Shown one piece after another: positions 18,182 through 27,323 of a stretch of 64,000 bases of DNA. Within the stretch, counting starts at the first letter, position 1, and every line of letters begins with the position of its first letter. Under the pieces are notes generated by a model. The model saw only the letters and a program-made list of their open reading frames with translations. It ran no database searches and was not told the DNA's origin. Position numbers and translations under genes: made by a program. The stretch comes from Candidatus Faecalibacterium faecigallinarum. GTDB taxonomy: Bacteria; Bacillota; Clostridia; Oscillospirales; Ruminococcaceae. Location: contig DWWN01000053.1 in assembly GCA_019119685.1 (NCBI GenBank), positions 8,079 to 72,078 of the forward strand. The letters run 5' to 3'.

Positions 18182-19063
18182 TCAGCTGCGGCGCTCCAGC
18201 ATGGCGGCGGCCAGCTGTTCCAGAAAGGCCGCCTTTTCCCCAAAGGCCGTATGTACGGCCTCGCAAGTGTCCTGGTTGACCTGCTGGGCCAGGGTCATGG
18301 CGCCGTCCGGGCCATAGAGGGTGACGAAGGTGGTCTTGCCGTTGTCCTTGTCGCTGCCCGCCGGCTTGCCCAGCTGCTCGGTGGTGGCGGTGGCATCCAG
18401 CACGTCGTCCACGATCTGGAACACCAGCCCCAGGCCGTAGGCGTACTGCTCCAGCGCTTCCCGCTGGGCCTCGGTGGCGCCGGCCGCAGCGGCGCCCATC
18501 TGGACCGCCGCATTGATGAGCGCGCCGGTCTTGTTGTGGTGGATCAGCATCAGCTGGCTCTCGGTGGGGTCCAGCACCTCGTATTTGAGGTCCAGCTCCT
18601 GGCCGTAGACCATCCCCCGGCTGCCCGCCCCCCGGCTGAGGGCCTGGGCCGCCTGCAGGCAGACTTCCGGCGCGGCGCACGCGTGGGTCGCCGCCTCAAA
18701 GGCCTCGGTCAGCAAAACGTCCCCGGCCAGCAGCGCCGTGGCCTCCCCAAACGCCTTGTGGCAGGAAGGCCGGCCCCGGCGCAGGTCGTCGTCGTCCATG
18801 CAGGGCAGGTCGTCGTGGATCAGGGAGTAACAGTGCAGCATCTCAACGGCGGCGGCGAACTGTTCGGCCGCCGCATCGTCGCCCCCCAGCATATCGCATA
18901 CGCTGAGGACCAGCACCGCCCGCACCCGTTTGCCGCCGCCCATCAGGCTGTAGCGGGCCGCCTGGCAGACCTGTGATTCCGCCGGCAGATAGCGCCGGCA
19001 GGCCTCCTCCAGCGCCCGTTTGGCCCGGGCCAGATACGCGTCGTATTGCTCGTGGTAATTCAT
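18182..19063 (-). CDS. ispA: Farnesyl/geranyl diphosphate synthase
   Basis: GGKRVR, SLIHDDLPCMDDDDLRRG, FQIVDDVLD. Confidence 0.95.
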   Translation of the reverse strand: MNYHEQYDAYLARAKRALEEACRRYLPAESQVCQAARYSLMGGGKRVRAVLVLSVCDMLGGDDAAAEQFAAAVEMLHCYSLIHDDLPCMDDDDLRRGRPSCHKAFGEATALLAGDVLLTEAFEAATHACAAPEVCLQAAQALSRGAGSRGMVYGQELDLKYEVLDPTESQLMLIHHNKTGALINAAVQMGAAAAGATEAQREALEQYAYGLGLVFQIVDDVLDATATTEQLGKPAGSDKDNGKTTFVTLYGPDGAMTLAQQVNQDTCEAVHTAFGEKAAFLEQLAAAMLERRS

Positions 19064-19311
19064 TCCTGTTCCTCCGCATCGTCTTGTTTTGCTTCCCCGC
19101 CGGCGGGCTCCTCCCGGGCAGCCAGCCGGCCGTCGATCTCCTCGATCTGCAAAGAGACCTTATCCAGCGTCTTGTGGCAGTAGTCCACCAGCCCGGCGGC
19201 CTCGGCATACAGTTTGACCGATTCGGCCAAAGTGGTTTCTTCGCTCTGCATCTTTGCCAGGATGTCCTCCAAACGGGTCATCCCTTCTTCAAATGTTTTG
19301 GGTGCTTTCAT
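19060..19311 (-). CDS. xseB: Exodeoxyribonuclease VII small subunit
   Basis: FEEGMTRLEDIL..LAESVKLY; synteny. Confidence 0.92.
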   Translation of the reverse strand: MKAPKTFEEGMTRLEDILAKMQSEETTLAESVKLYAEAAGLVDYCHKTLDKVSLQIEEIDGRLAAREEPAGGEAKQDDAEEQE

Positions 19312-20509
19312 CGGTCTCCTCCACTGCTGTGACCAGGCACTCGGCCCGGCGGTGCGCGGCGATCAGGCGGATGGTCTGCCCTGCTTCCAGCTGGCCGGCC
19401 TGGCGGACCTTGCCGTCCGGCCCGGCCACCATGGCATAGCCCCGCGCCAGCACCTGGTAGGGGTTGAGGGAAGCCGTCAGCGCCGCCGCATGGGCAAACT
19501 GACGGTTTTTGTCCTTCCAGCGCGCCCGGCTGGCTGCCCGCAGCGCTTCGCTCATGGCGGCAAGGCACATTTCGCCTGCCTCCGCCTTCCGGCGCGGCAG
19601 ACCGCCGGCCAGGGCAGCTTCGCAGGCTTTGCAATCATTATAGCATATTTCCCGCCGTTTTTGCATATTTCCCTGTATATTTTCTTTAAGTTCCCACAAC
19701 TGGCGGCGCAGTTCCTCCCGGTCGGGGACGGCCAGTTCCGCCGCGGCCGAGGGGGTGGGCGCCCGGCAGTCGGCCACAAAATCCAGGATGGTATAGTCGA
19801 TCTCGTGCCCGATGGCGCTGATAAGGGGCGTTTTGCACCGGTAGGCCGCCCGGGCGATGCACTCGGCGTTAAAGACCCACAGGTCCTCCCGGCTGCCGCC
19901 GCCCCGCGCCACGATGATCTCGTCCACACCATAGCGGTCCAGCACGCCGATGGCCCCGGCCACCTCCTGGGCAGCCTCGAAGCCCTGGACGCTGACCGGG
20001 CAGAGGATCAGTTTCACCGCCGGCCAGCGCCGGCCGATGACGTTTTTGATGTCCTGCAACGCCGCGCCGGTCCGGCTGGTGACCAGGCCGATCTTCTGCG
20101 GATAGGCCGGCAGGGGCTTTTTCCGCTCAGGCGCAAACAGTCCCTCGGCCTGCAGGCGGGCCTTGAGCTGCTCCAATGCCAGCTGGGCCTCCCCGATGCC
20201 GTCGGGGAACATGGCGTTGACATAGACCTGGTACGCGCCGCTGGGCTCATACAGGGTGACCCGGCAGCGCACCACCACCCGCATCCCCTCTTCGGGCCGG
20301 AAGGCCAGCCGCTGGGCGTCTGAGCGGAACATTACCGCCTTGACGCTGCACTGGCTGTCCCGCAGGGTGAAATAGCAGTGGCCGCTCTTGGCGTTGCGGA
20401 CAAAATTGGCCACTTCCCCCCGCAGCGCCAGGTCGTACAAAAGGTCGCTGCCGTCCAGCAGGGCCTTGACATAGCGGTTGAGGGCGGTGACGGTGATCAC
20501 TTCAGCCAT
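19289..20509 (-). CDS. xseA: Exodeoxyribonuclease VII large subunit
   Basis: SGHCYFTLRD, ARGGGSREDL, SAIGHEID, APTPSAAAE, LARGYA. Confidence 0.96.
   Translation of the reverse strand: MAEVITVTALNRYVKALLDGSDLLYDLALRGEVANFVRNAKSGHCYFTLRDSQCSVKAVMFRSDAQRLAFRPEEGMRVVVRCRVTLYEPSGAYQVYVNAMFPDGIGEAQLALEQLKARLQAEGLFAPERKKPLPAYPQKIGLVTSRTGAALQDIKNVIGRRWPAVKLILCPVSVQGFEAAQEVAGAIGVLDRYGVDEIIVARGGGSREDLWVFNAECIARAAYRCKTPLISAIGHEIDYTILDFVADCRAPTPSAAAELAVPDREELRRQLWELKENIQGNMQKRREICYNDCKACEAALAGGLPRRKAEAGEMCLAAMSEALRAASRARWKDKNRQFAHAAALTASLNPYQVLARGYAMVAGPDGKVRQAGQLEAGQTIRLIAAHRRAECLVTAVEETDESTQNI
19637..19673 (-). promoter_or_regulatory. Internal sigma-A promoter in xseA with an 11-bp direct repeat
   Basis: TGCAAA-17-TATAAT with extended TG; GGGAAATATGC twice (19643-19653, 19663-19673); AT-rich patch. 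Confidence 0.6.
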
Positions 20510-21435
20510 AAGCCGGCCTCCCTTGCTGCCAGGATGGACACGCCGATGGCGTTGTCGCTGGCGTACTGGGCGGGCACGAAGCGGACCGCCGGCAGCCGCC
20601 GCTGCACCCAATCCCGGATGATCCCGCTGCTCATAACGCCGCCGGCGCAGACCACCGGCAGGCCGGGATACTGCGCAAGGGCCGCCCGGGTCATCTTGAC
20701 CACCGTGTCGGCCACGCACAGCAGGCAGTATTTACAGACGTAGGCAGGGCTTTTCCCGGCGGCAAGCAGGGCGGCGCACTGGTTTTCCAGCCCCGAAAGG
20801 CTGCACGCCATCCCCTTGACGCTGGATTTCGGCTTGACTTCCTCGGTGCATTCCGCGGCCAGGCGGGAGACTTCGGCCCCCGCCGGGAAGCCGAACCCCA
20901 GTTTGACCCCCAGCCGGTCCACAGCCTGGCCCGCATACAGGTCGCTGCTGGTGCCCAGCAGCTCGATGCTGCGCACCTCGTCGCAGAGCAGCAGGTCGGT
21001 GGTGCCCCCCGAAATGTGGAACAGCAGCACCTTTTCCCGAAACAGCTTTTCCCCCTGCGCGGCGAATAAGGCCGCGGCGGCGTGGCCCTGCTGGTGGGTG
21101 GTGCGCACCAGCGGCACGCCCCGCCCCAGCGCAAAAGCCTGCCCGGCGCTGACCCCCGCCAAAAAGCAGGGCATATAACTGCCCTCCACGGGGCGGGGCT
21201 TTTCGGACACCCCCACCGCGGCGATTTGTGTCAGGTCAAATTCCGCCCCCAGCTCGGCCAGCATCCCCGGCAGGGCGGCGGTGTGGTGAAAGAGCGCGTC
21301 GCTCTGGCGCAGGCCCAGCTGCCCTTCCTTCACCGGCAAAAAGCGCTTTTTTGCGCAAACAACCTCCCCGGCTGTGTCAAAAACAGCCAGAGAGGTCGCA
21401 TAGTTGCTGGTATCGATGCCCAGTGTATAACTCAC
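20497..21435 (-). CDS. Kae1/TsaD-like ASKHA-fold protein (M22 family paralog)
   Basis: LGIDTSNY, HQQGH, ISGGTT, DLYAGQAVDR, GGVMSS, SDNA; lacks the TsaD GGVVPE motif. Confidence 0.8.
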   Translation of the reverse strand: MSYTLGIDTSNYATSLAVFDTAGEVVCAKKRFLPVKEGQLGLRQSDALFHHTAALPGMLAELGAEFDLTQIAAVGVSEKPRPVEGSYMPCFLAGVSAGQAFALGRGVPLVRTTHQQGHAAAALFAAQGEKLFREKVLLFHISGGTTDLLLCDEVRSIELLGTSSDLYAGQAVDRLGVKLGFGFPAGAEVSRLAAECTEEVKPKSSVKGMACSLSGLENQCAALLAAGKSPAYVCKYCLLCVADTVVKMTRAALAQYPGLPVVCAGGVMSSGIIRDWVQRRLPAVRFVPAQYASDNAIGVSILAAREAGLWLK

Positions 21436-21890
21436 GGTTGTGCAGGCTCCTCCTGTGCGCCGCCGTCCTCGCCGGCGGCAAGGCCCGCCTCCCGGGCAAC
21501 GCTGCCCAGCAGACCGTTGACAAACTGGTAATCCTCTTCTGCGCCGTATTTTTTCGCCAGCTCCACCGCCTCGTTGATGGCGACGCCGGGTTTGTGCTCG
21601 GCGCCATACAGCAGCTCGGCGATGGCCAGCCGCAGCACCGTGATGGACACCCGGGGGATGCGCTCCATGGTCCAGCCGCGCAGGTGGCCGCGGATCAGGT
21701 CGTCCACCTCGGCGGAGTGGTCATAGTAAGCACGCAGCAGGCAGGCGCCAAAGTCGTCCACCGGATGCTCCTCGTCATTTTCGCGGTTGGCGTCCAGCGC
21801 CTCCTCGAGGGGCAGTTCGCCAAAAGTCTGGGCAAAGGCCAGCAAGAACGCGTTCTCGCGGGCCTGGCGGCGAGGCATCTGATTTTCCAT
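21432..21890 (-). CDS. nusB: Transcription antitermination factor NusB
   Basis: RRQARE, WTMERI, AINEAVELAKKYG, FVNGLLG. Confidence 0.96.
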   Translation of the reverse strand: MENQMPRRQARENAFLLAFAQTFGELPLEEALDANRENDEEHPVDDFGACLLRAYYDHSAEVDDLIRGHLRGWTMERIPRVSITVLRLAIAELLYGAEHKPGVAINEAVELAKKYGAEEDYQFVNGLLGSVAREAGLAAGEDGGAQEEPAQP

Positions 21891-21965
21891 AGTATTCCTC
21901 TCACAACAGTAAAGTCCTCTCTGCGGGCGTACCGGCAGAGAGGCTTGGGTTTTGGGTTGATTCGG

Positions 21966-22346
21966 TTATTCAGCCGCAGCGGCGGGCGTTTCCGTGGCAA
22001 GGCCCGCGATGACCAGATTGACCCGGCTGACGGTGACGCGCGTCATGTTCTGGACGGCGCTCTTGACGTTCTTCTGCACCTTTTCCGCCATGACCGGCAC
22101 GCAGGTGCCAAAGCGGACGATCAGGTTCAGGGTGATGTCTGCCGTGCCCTCCCGCATTTCGACCGTGACCGGCGGCTGAATGTTGACGATCTCCAGCAGC
22201 TCTTTGGCCCGCTTGCCCGGCTGCCTGCCGCAGGAGACGTCGGCCACCCCGTCGATCTCCAGCGCAGCGCAGCGCGCGATCTTGGCGATGACGTCGGTGG
22301 AGATCTGAAGGCTGCCGCCCATAAGGTCCATATTCTGCATATCCAT
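21966..22346 (-). CDS. Asp23/Gls24 family protein (YqhY-like)
   Basis: GSLQISTDVIAKIA..EIDGV; VQKNVKSAVQNMT..VNLVI; lies upstream of nusB. Confidence 0.9.
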   Translation of the reverse strand: MDMQNMDLMGGSLQISTDVIAKIARCAALEIDGVADVSCGRQPGKRAKELLEIVNIQPPVTVEMREGTADITLNLIVRFGTCVPVMAEKVQKNVKSAVQNMTRVTVSRVNLVIAGLATETPAAAAE

Positions 22347-22439
22347 TCTACGGTCCTCCGTTCATTCCGGCATGGTGGATGCCGTTGCTATCTGTTCGCG
22401 CCAGCGATGCCCGCCGGGCCGCTTTGGCTAGTTACAGAT

Positions 22440-22468
22440 ATTATACCATTCTTTTTGTTTTTATACAA
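22440..22468 (-). promoter_or_regulatory. Sigma-A promoter for the asp23-nusB operon
   Basis: TTGTAT-17-TATAAT with extended TG. Confidence 0.7.
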
Positions 22469-22472
22469 CACC

Positions 22473-23114
22473 TTACTTCACTTCCACCACGGTGATGTTC
22501 TGGGCCGTCACATTGCTTTTGCTCATCACGATATCCCGGATCTGGGCCACCTGGGCGGCGGTCAAAGCGTCGCCGGAGGTCATGACGGTCAGGTCCGCCC
22601 TGCCCTGCTGCAAAAAACACAGGCAGTCGGCAAAGCCCTTGGCTTTGATGAGCGTCTCGATCTCGTTTTCGGCGTTGAGGTCCTCCAGGTTCGCGGTCAG
22701 CTGGGCGGTATATTCGGCCTTCTCCTTGTCGGAAAGGGAGGAATCCTTCAGGGTCTTTTGGATGGTGTCCAGTGCCTCGTCGTGGGCTTTTTCGCGGTTG
22801 AGGCGCGCCTCGTCAAAGAACTGGCTGCCGGTGTCGTTGGCCACGCTGACCAGCTGGGCCTCGCCGTAGTTCTTGCCGGCGGCAGAGGCCGCTTCGGCCT
22901 CGGTCAGCAAAGCGTCGGTCACGCCGCCGGACGGGTTCTGCTGGCCGGAAGAAGCGGACGGCGCGCTGTCCGAGGCCGCCGGCGCGGCGGTCTCCACCGC
23001 CAGGGTGTCCAGGTCGGTGCGGGCATACTGCCAGTTCAGATAGCAGGCCACCGCCAGGGCGGCAGCCAGGGTCAGGGCGGTGGCGCGGCGGGTGTTTTTG
23101 GCGATGTTTCTCAT
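22473..23114 (-). CDS. spoIIIAH: Stage III sporulation protein AH
   Basis: N-terminal TM with YLNW, FFDEARLNRE, IETLIKAKGF, QIRDIV. Confidence 0.9.
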   Translation of the reverse strand: MRNIAKNTRRATALTLAAALAVACYLNWQYARTDLDTLAVETAAPAASDSAPSASSGQQNPSGGVTDALLTEAEAASAAGKNYGEAQLVSVANDTGSQFFDEARLNREKAHDEALDTIQKTLKDSSLSDKEKAEYTAQLTANLEDLNAENEIETLIKAKGFADCLCFLQQGRADLTVMTSGDALTAAQVAQIRDIVMSKSNVTAQNITVVEVK

Positions 23115-23143
23115 AAGTAGGTTCCTCCCTCGGGTTTGGTATA

Positions 23144-23662
23144 TCAATGGCAGCGCTGCTCTACGCAGATCCGGTTGGCGGGCACATCCAGCAGCGCCGA
23201 GACCAGCGCCGTGATCCGCGCTTCCACCCCCACGTCCCCGCCCCCGTCGCAGACGATGGCCACGCCGCAGACGGTGGGCAGATAGGTCGTCTCCTCCAGA
23301 GCGGTGCCGTCCTCCAGCAGGACGTGGGTCTTTTGCTGGCTCTGGTCCCCTCCGGTCCGGGTATCGGTCGCATAGATTCGCTCCTCTCCGCTTTCCAGTG
23401 TGATCATCACCGTGGCCTCCCCTGCGCCCTCCACCTGGCCGATCAGGCTGGCCAGGCGCTGTTCCAGCCCGGCCTGGTAGCTCGCGGCCGTCTGGCCGGG
23501 GGCCGGGGCGGCTTCGGCGGAGGCGGGCGCGGGCCACAGCTCGCTGCACAGGATCAGCACCATGGCCGACACCCCCAGCACGGCGGCCAGCGAGGCGGCC
23601 CGGGGCTTCGTCCTGTCCGGCCCGCCCTTGAGCCAGGCGGCCAGGCGTTCCTGTAAGGGCAT
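23144..23662 (-). CDS. spoIIIAG: Stage III sporulation protein AG
   Basis: LEQRL..VEGAG..VMITLE, PTVCGVAIVCDGG, LDVPANRI. Confidence 0.9.
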   Translation of the reverse strand: MPLQERLAAWLKGGPDRTKPRAASLAAVLGVSAMVLILCSELWPAPASAEAAPAPGQTAASYQAGLEQRLASLIGQVEGAGEATVMITLESGEERIYATDTRTGGDQSQQKTHVLLEDGTALEETTYLPTVCGVAIVCDGGGDVGVEARITALVSALLDVPANRICVEQRCH

Positions 23663-23665
23663 GGT

Positions 23666-24145
23666 TCATCCTCCTTGTTCCGCTTCCGTCCAGACAATGG
23701 CTTCCGGCCCGATGCCGAGGGCCTCGCAGAGCAGGCTTTGGACCGCTTCCCGCCCGGACGCCGCAGCCCCCGCCGGGAGCCGGACATCCACCCCGGCGGC
23801 GCCGGCGCCTTCCTCCGTTTGTTCCAGCGTGACGGCAAGCTCTGCCGCAAGGCCGGTCTGCTCCAAAATCTGCTCCTCGAGGGTGCCGGCCAGCTCCCGC
23901 TCGGCCTGCCGCAGGATCGCGTCCCCGGCCGTGCCAAAGTTTTCCGCCTCCACAGCGGGCAGGGCAAAGCCGGCCGCGCCGGCCCGGATGCCGGGCAGGG
24001 CATGGAAAAGGGCTACTAGAATATATAGCCCCGCGGCGGCCTTTATGCACTGCCGGCCCCGCACGTCGCCCAGGAGCTGTCCCACCAGCTCGGCGCAGAT
24101 GCAGGCGGTGCAAAAGACCGCTACCGCCGTTTTCAGCTGCTGCAA
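23666..24145 (-). CDS. spoIIIAF: Stage III sporulation protein AF (divergent)
   Basis: Two N-terminal TM segments plus a soluble domain; position between AE and AG. Confidence 0.65.
   Translation of the reverse strand: MQQLKTAVAVFCTACICAELVGQLLGDVRGRQCIKAAAGLYILVALFHALPGIRAGAAGFALPAVEAENFGTAGDAILRQAERELAGTLEEQILEQTGLAAELAVTLEQTEEGAGAAGVDVRLPAGAAASGREAVQSLLCEALGIGPEAIVWTEAEQGG
24020..24048 (-). promoter_or_regulatory. Putative sigma-E internal promoter (P2) for spoIIIAG-AH
   Basis: GCATA-16-TATATATT in an AT-rich patch inside spoIIIAF, where Bacillus and Clostridium have P2. Confidence 0.6.
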
Positions 24146-24146
24146 G

Positions 24147-25241
24147 CTAACCGCCTCCCATCATAAACAGCAGGGCCGTGCCCAGCACCGCGATGCCAAA
24201 GACCAGCGCCATAGCCGCCGCCAGCCCCTGCACTGCCTGGCGCAGGCAGCTGAACAGGGCGGCGCACCGGCCGATCCCCGCGGCGCTGCACAGCAGCTCG
24301 CACCCGAACAGCAGGGCCGCATGGAGCATCAAGATCATGTACAGCGGCAGAAATTCCGCCGCCAGAAAGGCAATGGCCGCAAAGCCCAGCCCGCTTTTGA
24401 GCAGCTGCATCCCGCTCAGGACGGTGCCGGCCGCCGCGCTCAGGCTTTGTCCGATGATGGGCACCGTCCCGGTCAGCAGCTCGCCCAGCTGCCGGCTGGT
24501 CTGGTCCAGCTGGGCGGTAAAGATCCGCTGCAGGCCCAGCATCGCCGCAAAGGCCCGCCCGGCCCATCCCAGCCCCTTGCGGAACAGCCGTCCCGCGCCC
24601 CGGCAGGCGGCGGACAAGGCCGCCTCGGTGCTGATGCAGCAGGCCGTGCTGAGGGCCAGGTAGCAGTGCAGGAGCGGCGGCGTCCAGCTGCAGAGCGCCT
24701 GGGCCAGCAGGCACAGCCCGCTGAGGAACAAGCCCCCCGCAGCGGCCCCGGCCGAGGGCTCCCCGCCGGCGATCAGCACCCCCTCGTAGACCGGCACGAA
24801 CCCCAGCAAAAACAGCCGCCAGCTTTCCAGCCTGTCGCAGACCGTCTGGGCCAGCGCTGCCAGCGCTGCCCAGCACAGCAGGGCGCTGCCCCCTGCCGCG
24901 GCCAGGTCCAGCAGGCCGGCCTTCCCCTCCTCTACAAAGAAGGAGAGCAGCACCACCAGCAGCAGGAACAGCAGCACCTGCGCGTACCCTGCCACCGAGG
25001 CCCGCATAGTCCCGGCCAGGTCCCCCGGCAAAAGTGCCCGCAGGGTGCCCAGCGGGTCGGAGGCAAAGTCCTCCAGGCGGGCGGGGGCCTGGTCCAGATA
25101 GGGCTGCCAGCTCTCCTGCCCCGGCAGAAGGGCCTGTCCTTTGGGGGCGGGGGCTGCCGCCAGCGCCGCCGGCGCGGCAAGGGCCAGCCATAAAGCCGCC
25201 CCCAGGCACAGCAGCACCCGCTTCAACCGGTCAATTCCCAT
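24147..25241 (-). CDS. spoIIIAE: Stage III sporulation protein AE
   Basis: Polytopic membrane protein with VPIIGQSLS..LLKSGLG motif; start uncertain. Confidence 0.8.
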   Translation of the reverse strand: MGIDRLKRVLLCLGAALWLALAAPAALAAAPAPKGQALLPGQESWQPYLDQAPARLEDFASDPLGTLRALLPGDLAGTMRASVAGYAQVLLFLLLVVLLSFFVEEGKAGLLDLAAAGGSALLCWAALAALAQTVCDRLESWRLFLLGFVPVYEGVLIAGGEPSAGAAAGGLFLSGLCLLAQALCSWTPPLLHCYLALSTACCISTEAALSAACRGAGRLFRKGLGWAGRAFAAMLGLQRIFTAQLDQTSRQLGELLTGTVPIIGQSLSAAAGTVLSGMQLLKSGLGFAAIAFLAAEFLPLYMILMLHAALLFGCELLCSAAGIGRCAALFSCLRQAVQGLAAAMALVFGIAVLGTALLFMMGGG

Positions 25242-25609
25242 ATCATTCCACAGACCTCCTCCAGCAAGGGCCACAGGGCCGCCAGGGTCAGCACCCGCCC
25301 GGCAAACCCGGTGCACCAGGCCAGGGCTTCGGCCTCGGCTTCCTTGCAGACGGCGCTGGCGTAATCGGTCAGCAGCAGGACCCCCGCGCACCGCAGCAGG
25401 CTGGCAAAGGCCACCCCGTCCACCCGGCCGGCCAGCGCCGTCAGCCCCGCGATCATCCCCTGCAGGGAAAGGATCAGCCGGGCCAGGATGGCCACCCCTG
25501 CCGCCAGCGACAGCAGCAGGGCGAACGCCGGGTTCGATTTGTGCAAAAGCCCATACAGCAGGGCCGCCGCGGCCGCAAGTCCCAAAGTGGGCAGCAGGCT
25601 TTCCAGCAT
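25223..25609 (-). CDS. spoIIIAD: Stage III sporulation protein AD
   Basis: 128-aa membrane protein, LLRCAGV..YASAVCKEA; synteny. Confidence 0.8.
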   Translation of the reverse strand: MLESLLPTLGLAAAAALLYGLLHKSNPAFALLLSLAAGVAILARLILSLQGMIAGLTALAGRVDGVAFASLLRCAGVLLLTDYASAVCKEAEAEALAWCTGFAGRVLTLAALWPLLEEVCGMIWELTG

Positions 25610-25615
25610 AGGGGC

Positions 25616-25810
25616 CTAGAGGGCGAAAAGGGCCTTGATGGTCACGAACAGGTCGCTGATCTGCTGCACCAGCATGGACAGGACCACCACCAGCCCCGCC
25701 AGGGTGGTCATCATGGCCTGATCTTCCCGGCCCGAGCGGATCAGCAGCTGGTTCAGTACCGCTACGATGATCCCAATGGCCGCGATCTTGAACACGAGAT
25801 CGATCTCCAA
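25616..25810 (-). CDS. spoIIIAC: Stage III sporulation protein AC
   Basis: MEIDLVFKIAAIGIIVAVLNQLL..GREDQA. Confidence 0.95.
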   Translation of the reverse strand: MEIDLVFKIAAIGIIVAVLNQLLIRSGREDQAMMTTLAGLVVVLSMLVQQISDLFVTIKALFAL

Positions 25811-25831
25811 GCCCCGTCATCTCCTTTGCTT

Positions 25832-26311
25832 TTACAAGATCAGCAGTCCCAGCACCGCCCCGGCCGCCAGCCCCAGCCGCCGGTCGATGGAGGCCGAGCG
25901 GGCTTCTTCTTCCCGCGCCCGGGCGAGGAACTCCCCAAAGCGGGCCAGGTAATACTCCAGCCGGGCGCACTCCTGCCCGGCGTCGGCGCGGCCCAGTGCG
26001 GCGAAACATTCGGCAAAGCAGTCCGCCTCCGCCTGTCCGAGACAGGCCGGGGGCTGCATCCGGCCAAAGCCGTCCGCCTGCCGCATCGCCCGGCCCAGCG
26101 CGCCGGCCGGGCCGTATTCCTCCGCCAGAGTGCGGTAGAGCCGCCCCAGGTCGGCGCGGCGGTAGCCGATCTCCTGCCGCAGCCTCGTCAACAGGCCGAT
26201 GATCTCCTCCAGAGCGCACCGCCGGGCTGTCAGGCCCTGCCGCCGGGCATCCCCCGCGCAGAATCCGCCGGCCGCCAGCAGCAGGGCGGCGGCCCACCGC
26301 AGCCCGCTCAC
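25832..26311 (-). CDS. spoIIIAB: Stage III sporulation protein AB
   Basis: N- and C-terminal TMs, LRQEIGY, LGRAD; GTGA overlap with the spoIIIAA stop. Confidence 0.8.
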   Translation of the reverse strand: MSGLRWAAALLLAAGGFCAGDARRQGLTARRCALEEIIGLLTRLRQEIGYRRADLGRLYRTLAEEYGPAGALGRAMRQADGFGRMQPPACLGQAEADCFAECFAALGRADAGQECARLEYYLARFGEFLARAREEEARSASIDRRLGLAAGAVLGLLIL

Positions 26312-27204
26312 AGCCGGTGCACCCCGGCAACTTGTCCGGGGGCCCGGCGGCCCGCCAGCATCACGATGGCGCGGACCATCCCCTTTTCCCGCATCGAGGC
26401 CACCTGGGGGCGGCGCAGGGCTTCTTCCAGGGTGGCGGCGTGGAGGCTGGCCACATAGTCCACCCCGCTGAAAAAGCCCTGCTCCAGCCCGCGGACCTCC
26501 TCCAGTCCGCCCAGCTCGTCCAACAGGACGGCCTGCGGGGCCAGGGTCCGCAGCGCCATCTGGACGGCCCTGGCCTTGGGCAGCCCGGCCACGACATCCA
26601 CCGGCGGGCGGGCCACGCCCAGCTGTTCGGGCCAGAACTCCGCCCGCTCGTCGATGACGGCCACCGCCCGGCCCAGCCCGGCCAGAAAGGCCGCCATCCC
26701 CCGCAGCAGGGTGGTCTTGCCGCTGTCCGGCTCCCCGGCCACCAGCAGGCCGGTGAAACGCGTCTGCAGCAGCTGCGCAAGGCAGGGCGGCAGGACGGCC
26801 TGCCGGGCCCGCGCCACCCGCACGTTCAAAGAATAGACCGCCTGCAGCACCACCCCTTCCCTGGGGTGAAATAAGTACCGGCCCCCTACCCCCACCCGGT
26901 GCCCGCCGGGCAAAGTGAGATACCCTTCGGCCAGCTCGGCCTGATGGGTGGGCACCGACCCGCCGCACAGGGCATAGAGGGCCTCCTCCATCTGGGGCTG
27001 GGTGGGGCGCAGCGCCCCCACTTCGGCCGGGCAGCCGGGCAGCTCTCCGGCCGGGCACAGCGCCCCGTTCCGGTTGAACCAGACCGGGCAGCCCGCCCGC
27101 AGCCGTATTTCGTGGATCTGTGCCGCCGTCCCCGGCGCGATGCGGGACAGCGGCCGGGCCAGAAAGGCCGGCAGCGCCCCCACCGCCTGCAGATACTCGT
27201 CCAT
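26308..27204 (-). CDS. spoIIIAA: Stage III sporulation ATPase AA
   Basis: EIRLRAG, GYLTLPGGHRVG, GEPDSGKTTLLR, IDERAE, ALRTLAP..LDELG. Confidence 0.93.
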   Translation of the reverse strand: MDEYLQAVGALPAFLARPLSRIAPGTAAQIHEIRLRAGCPVWFNRNGALCPAGELPGCPAEVGALRPTQPQMEEALYALCGGSVPTHQAELAEGYLTLPGGHRVGVGGRYLFHPREGVVLQAVYSLNVRVARARQAVLPPCLAQLLQTRFTGLLVAGEPDSGKTTLLRGMAAFLAGLGRAVAVIDERAEFWPEQLGVARPPVDVVAGLPKARAVQMALRTLAPQAVLLDELGGLEEVRGLEQGFFSGVDYVASLHAATLEEALRRPQVASMREKGMVRAIVMLAGRRAPGQVAGVHRL

Positions 27205-27251
27205 GTTCTTTCCCTCCCTGGCCGGCCTGGACAACCCAGCCGGTTTACCCT

Positions 27252-27279
27252 ATCCTATGCGCCCACCAAACTTTTAGAA
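27252..27279 (-). promoter_or_regulatory. Putative sigma-E promoter (P1) for spoIIIA
   Basis: TTCTAAA-13-CATAGGAT; spacing slightly short. Confidence 0.5.
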
Positions 27280-27319
27280 CAAAAGGCGGGCGGAACACTC
27301 TCTGCGTTCTGCCCGCCCT
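27280..27319 (-). terminator. Terminator after spoIVB
   Basis: GGCGGGCGGAAC / GTTCTGCCCGCC stem followed by T's on the minus strand. Confidence 0.65.
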
Positions 27320-27323
27320 GCGG

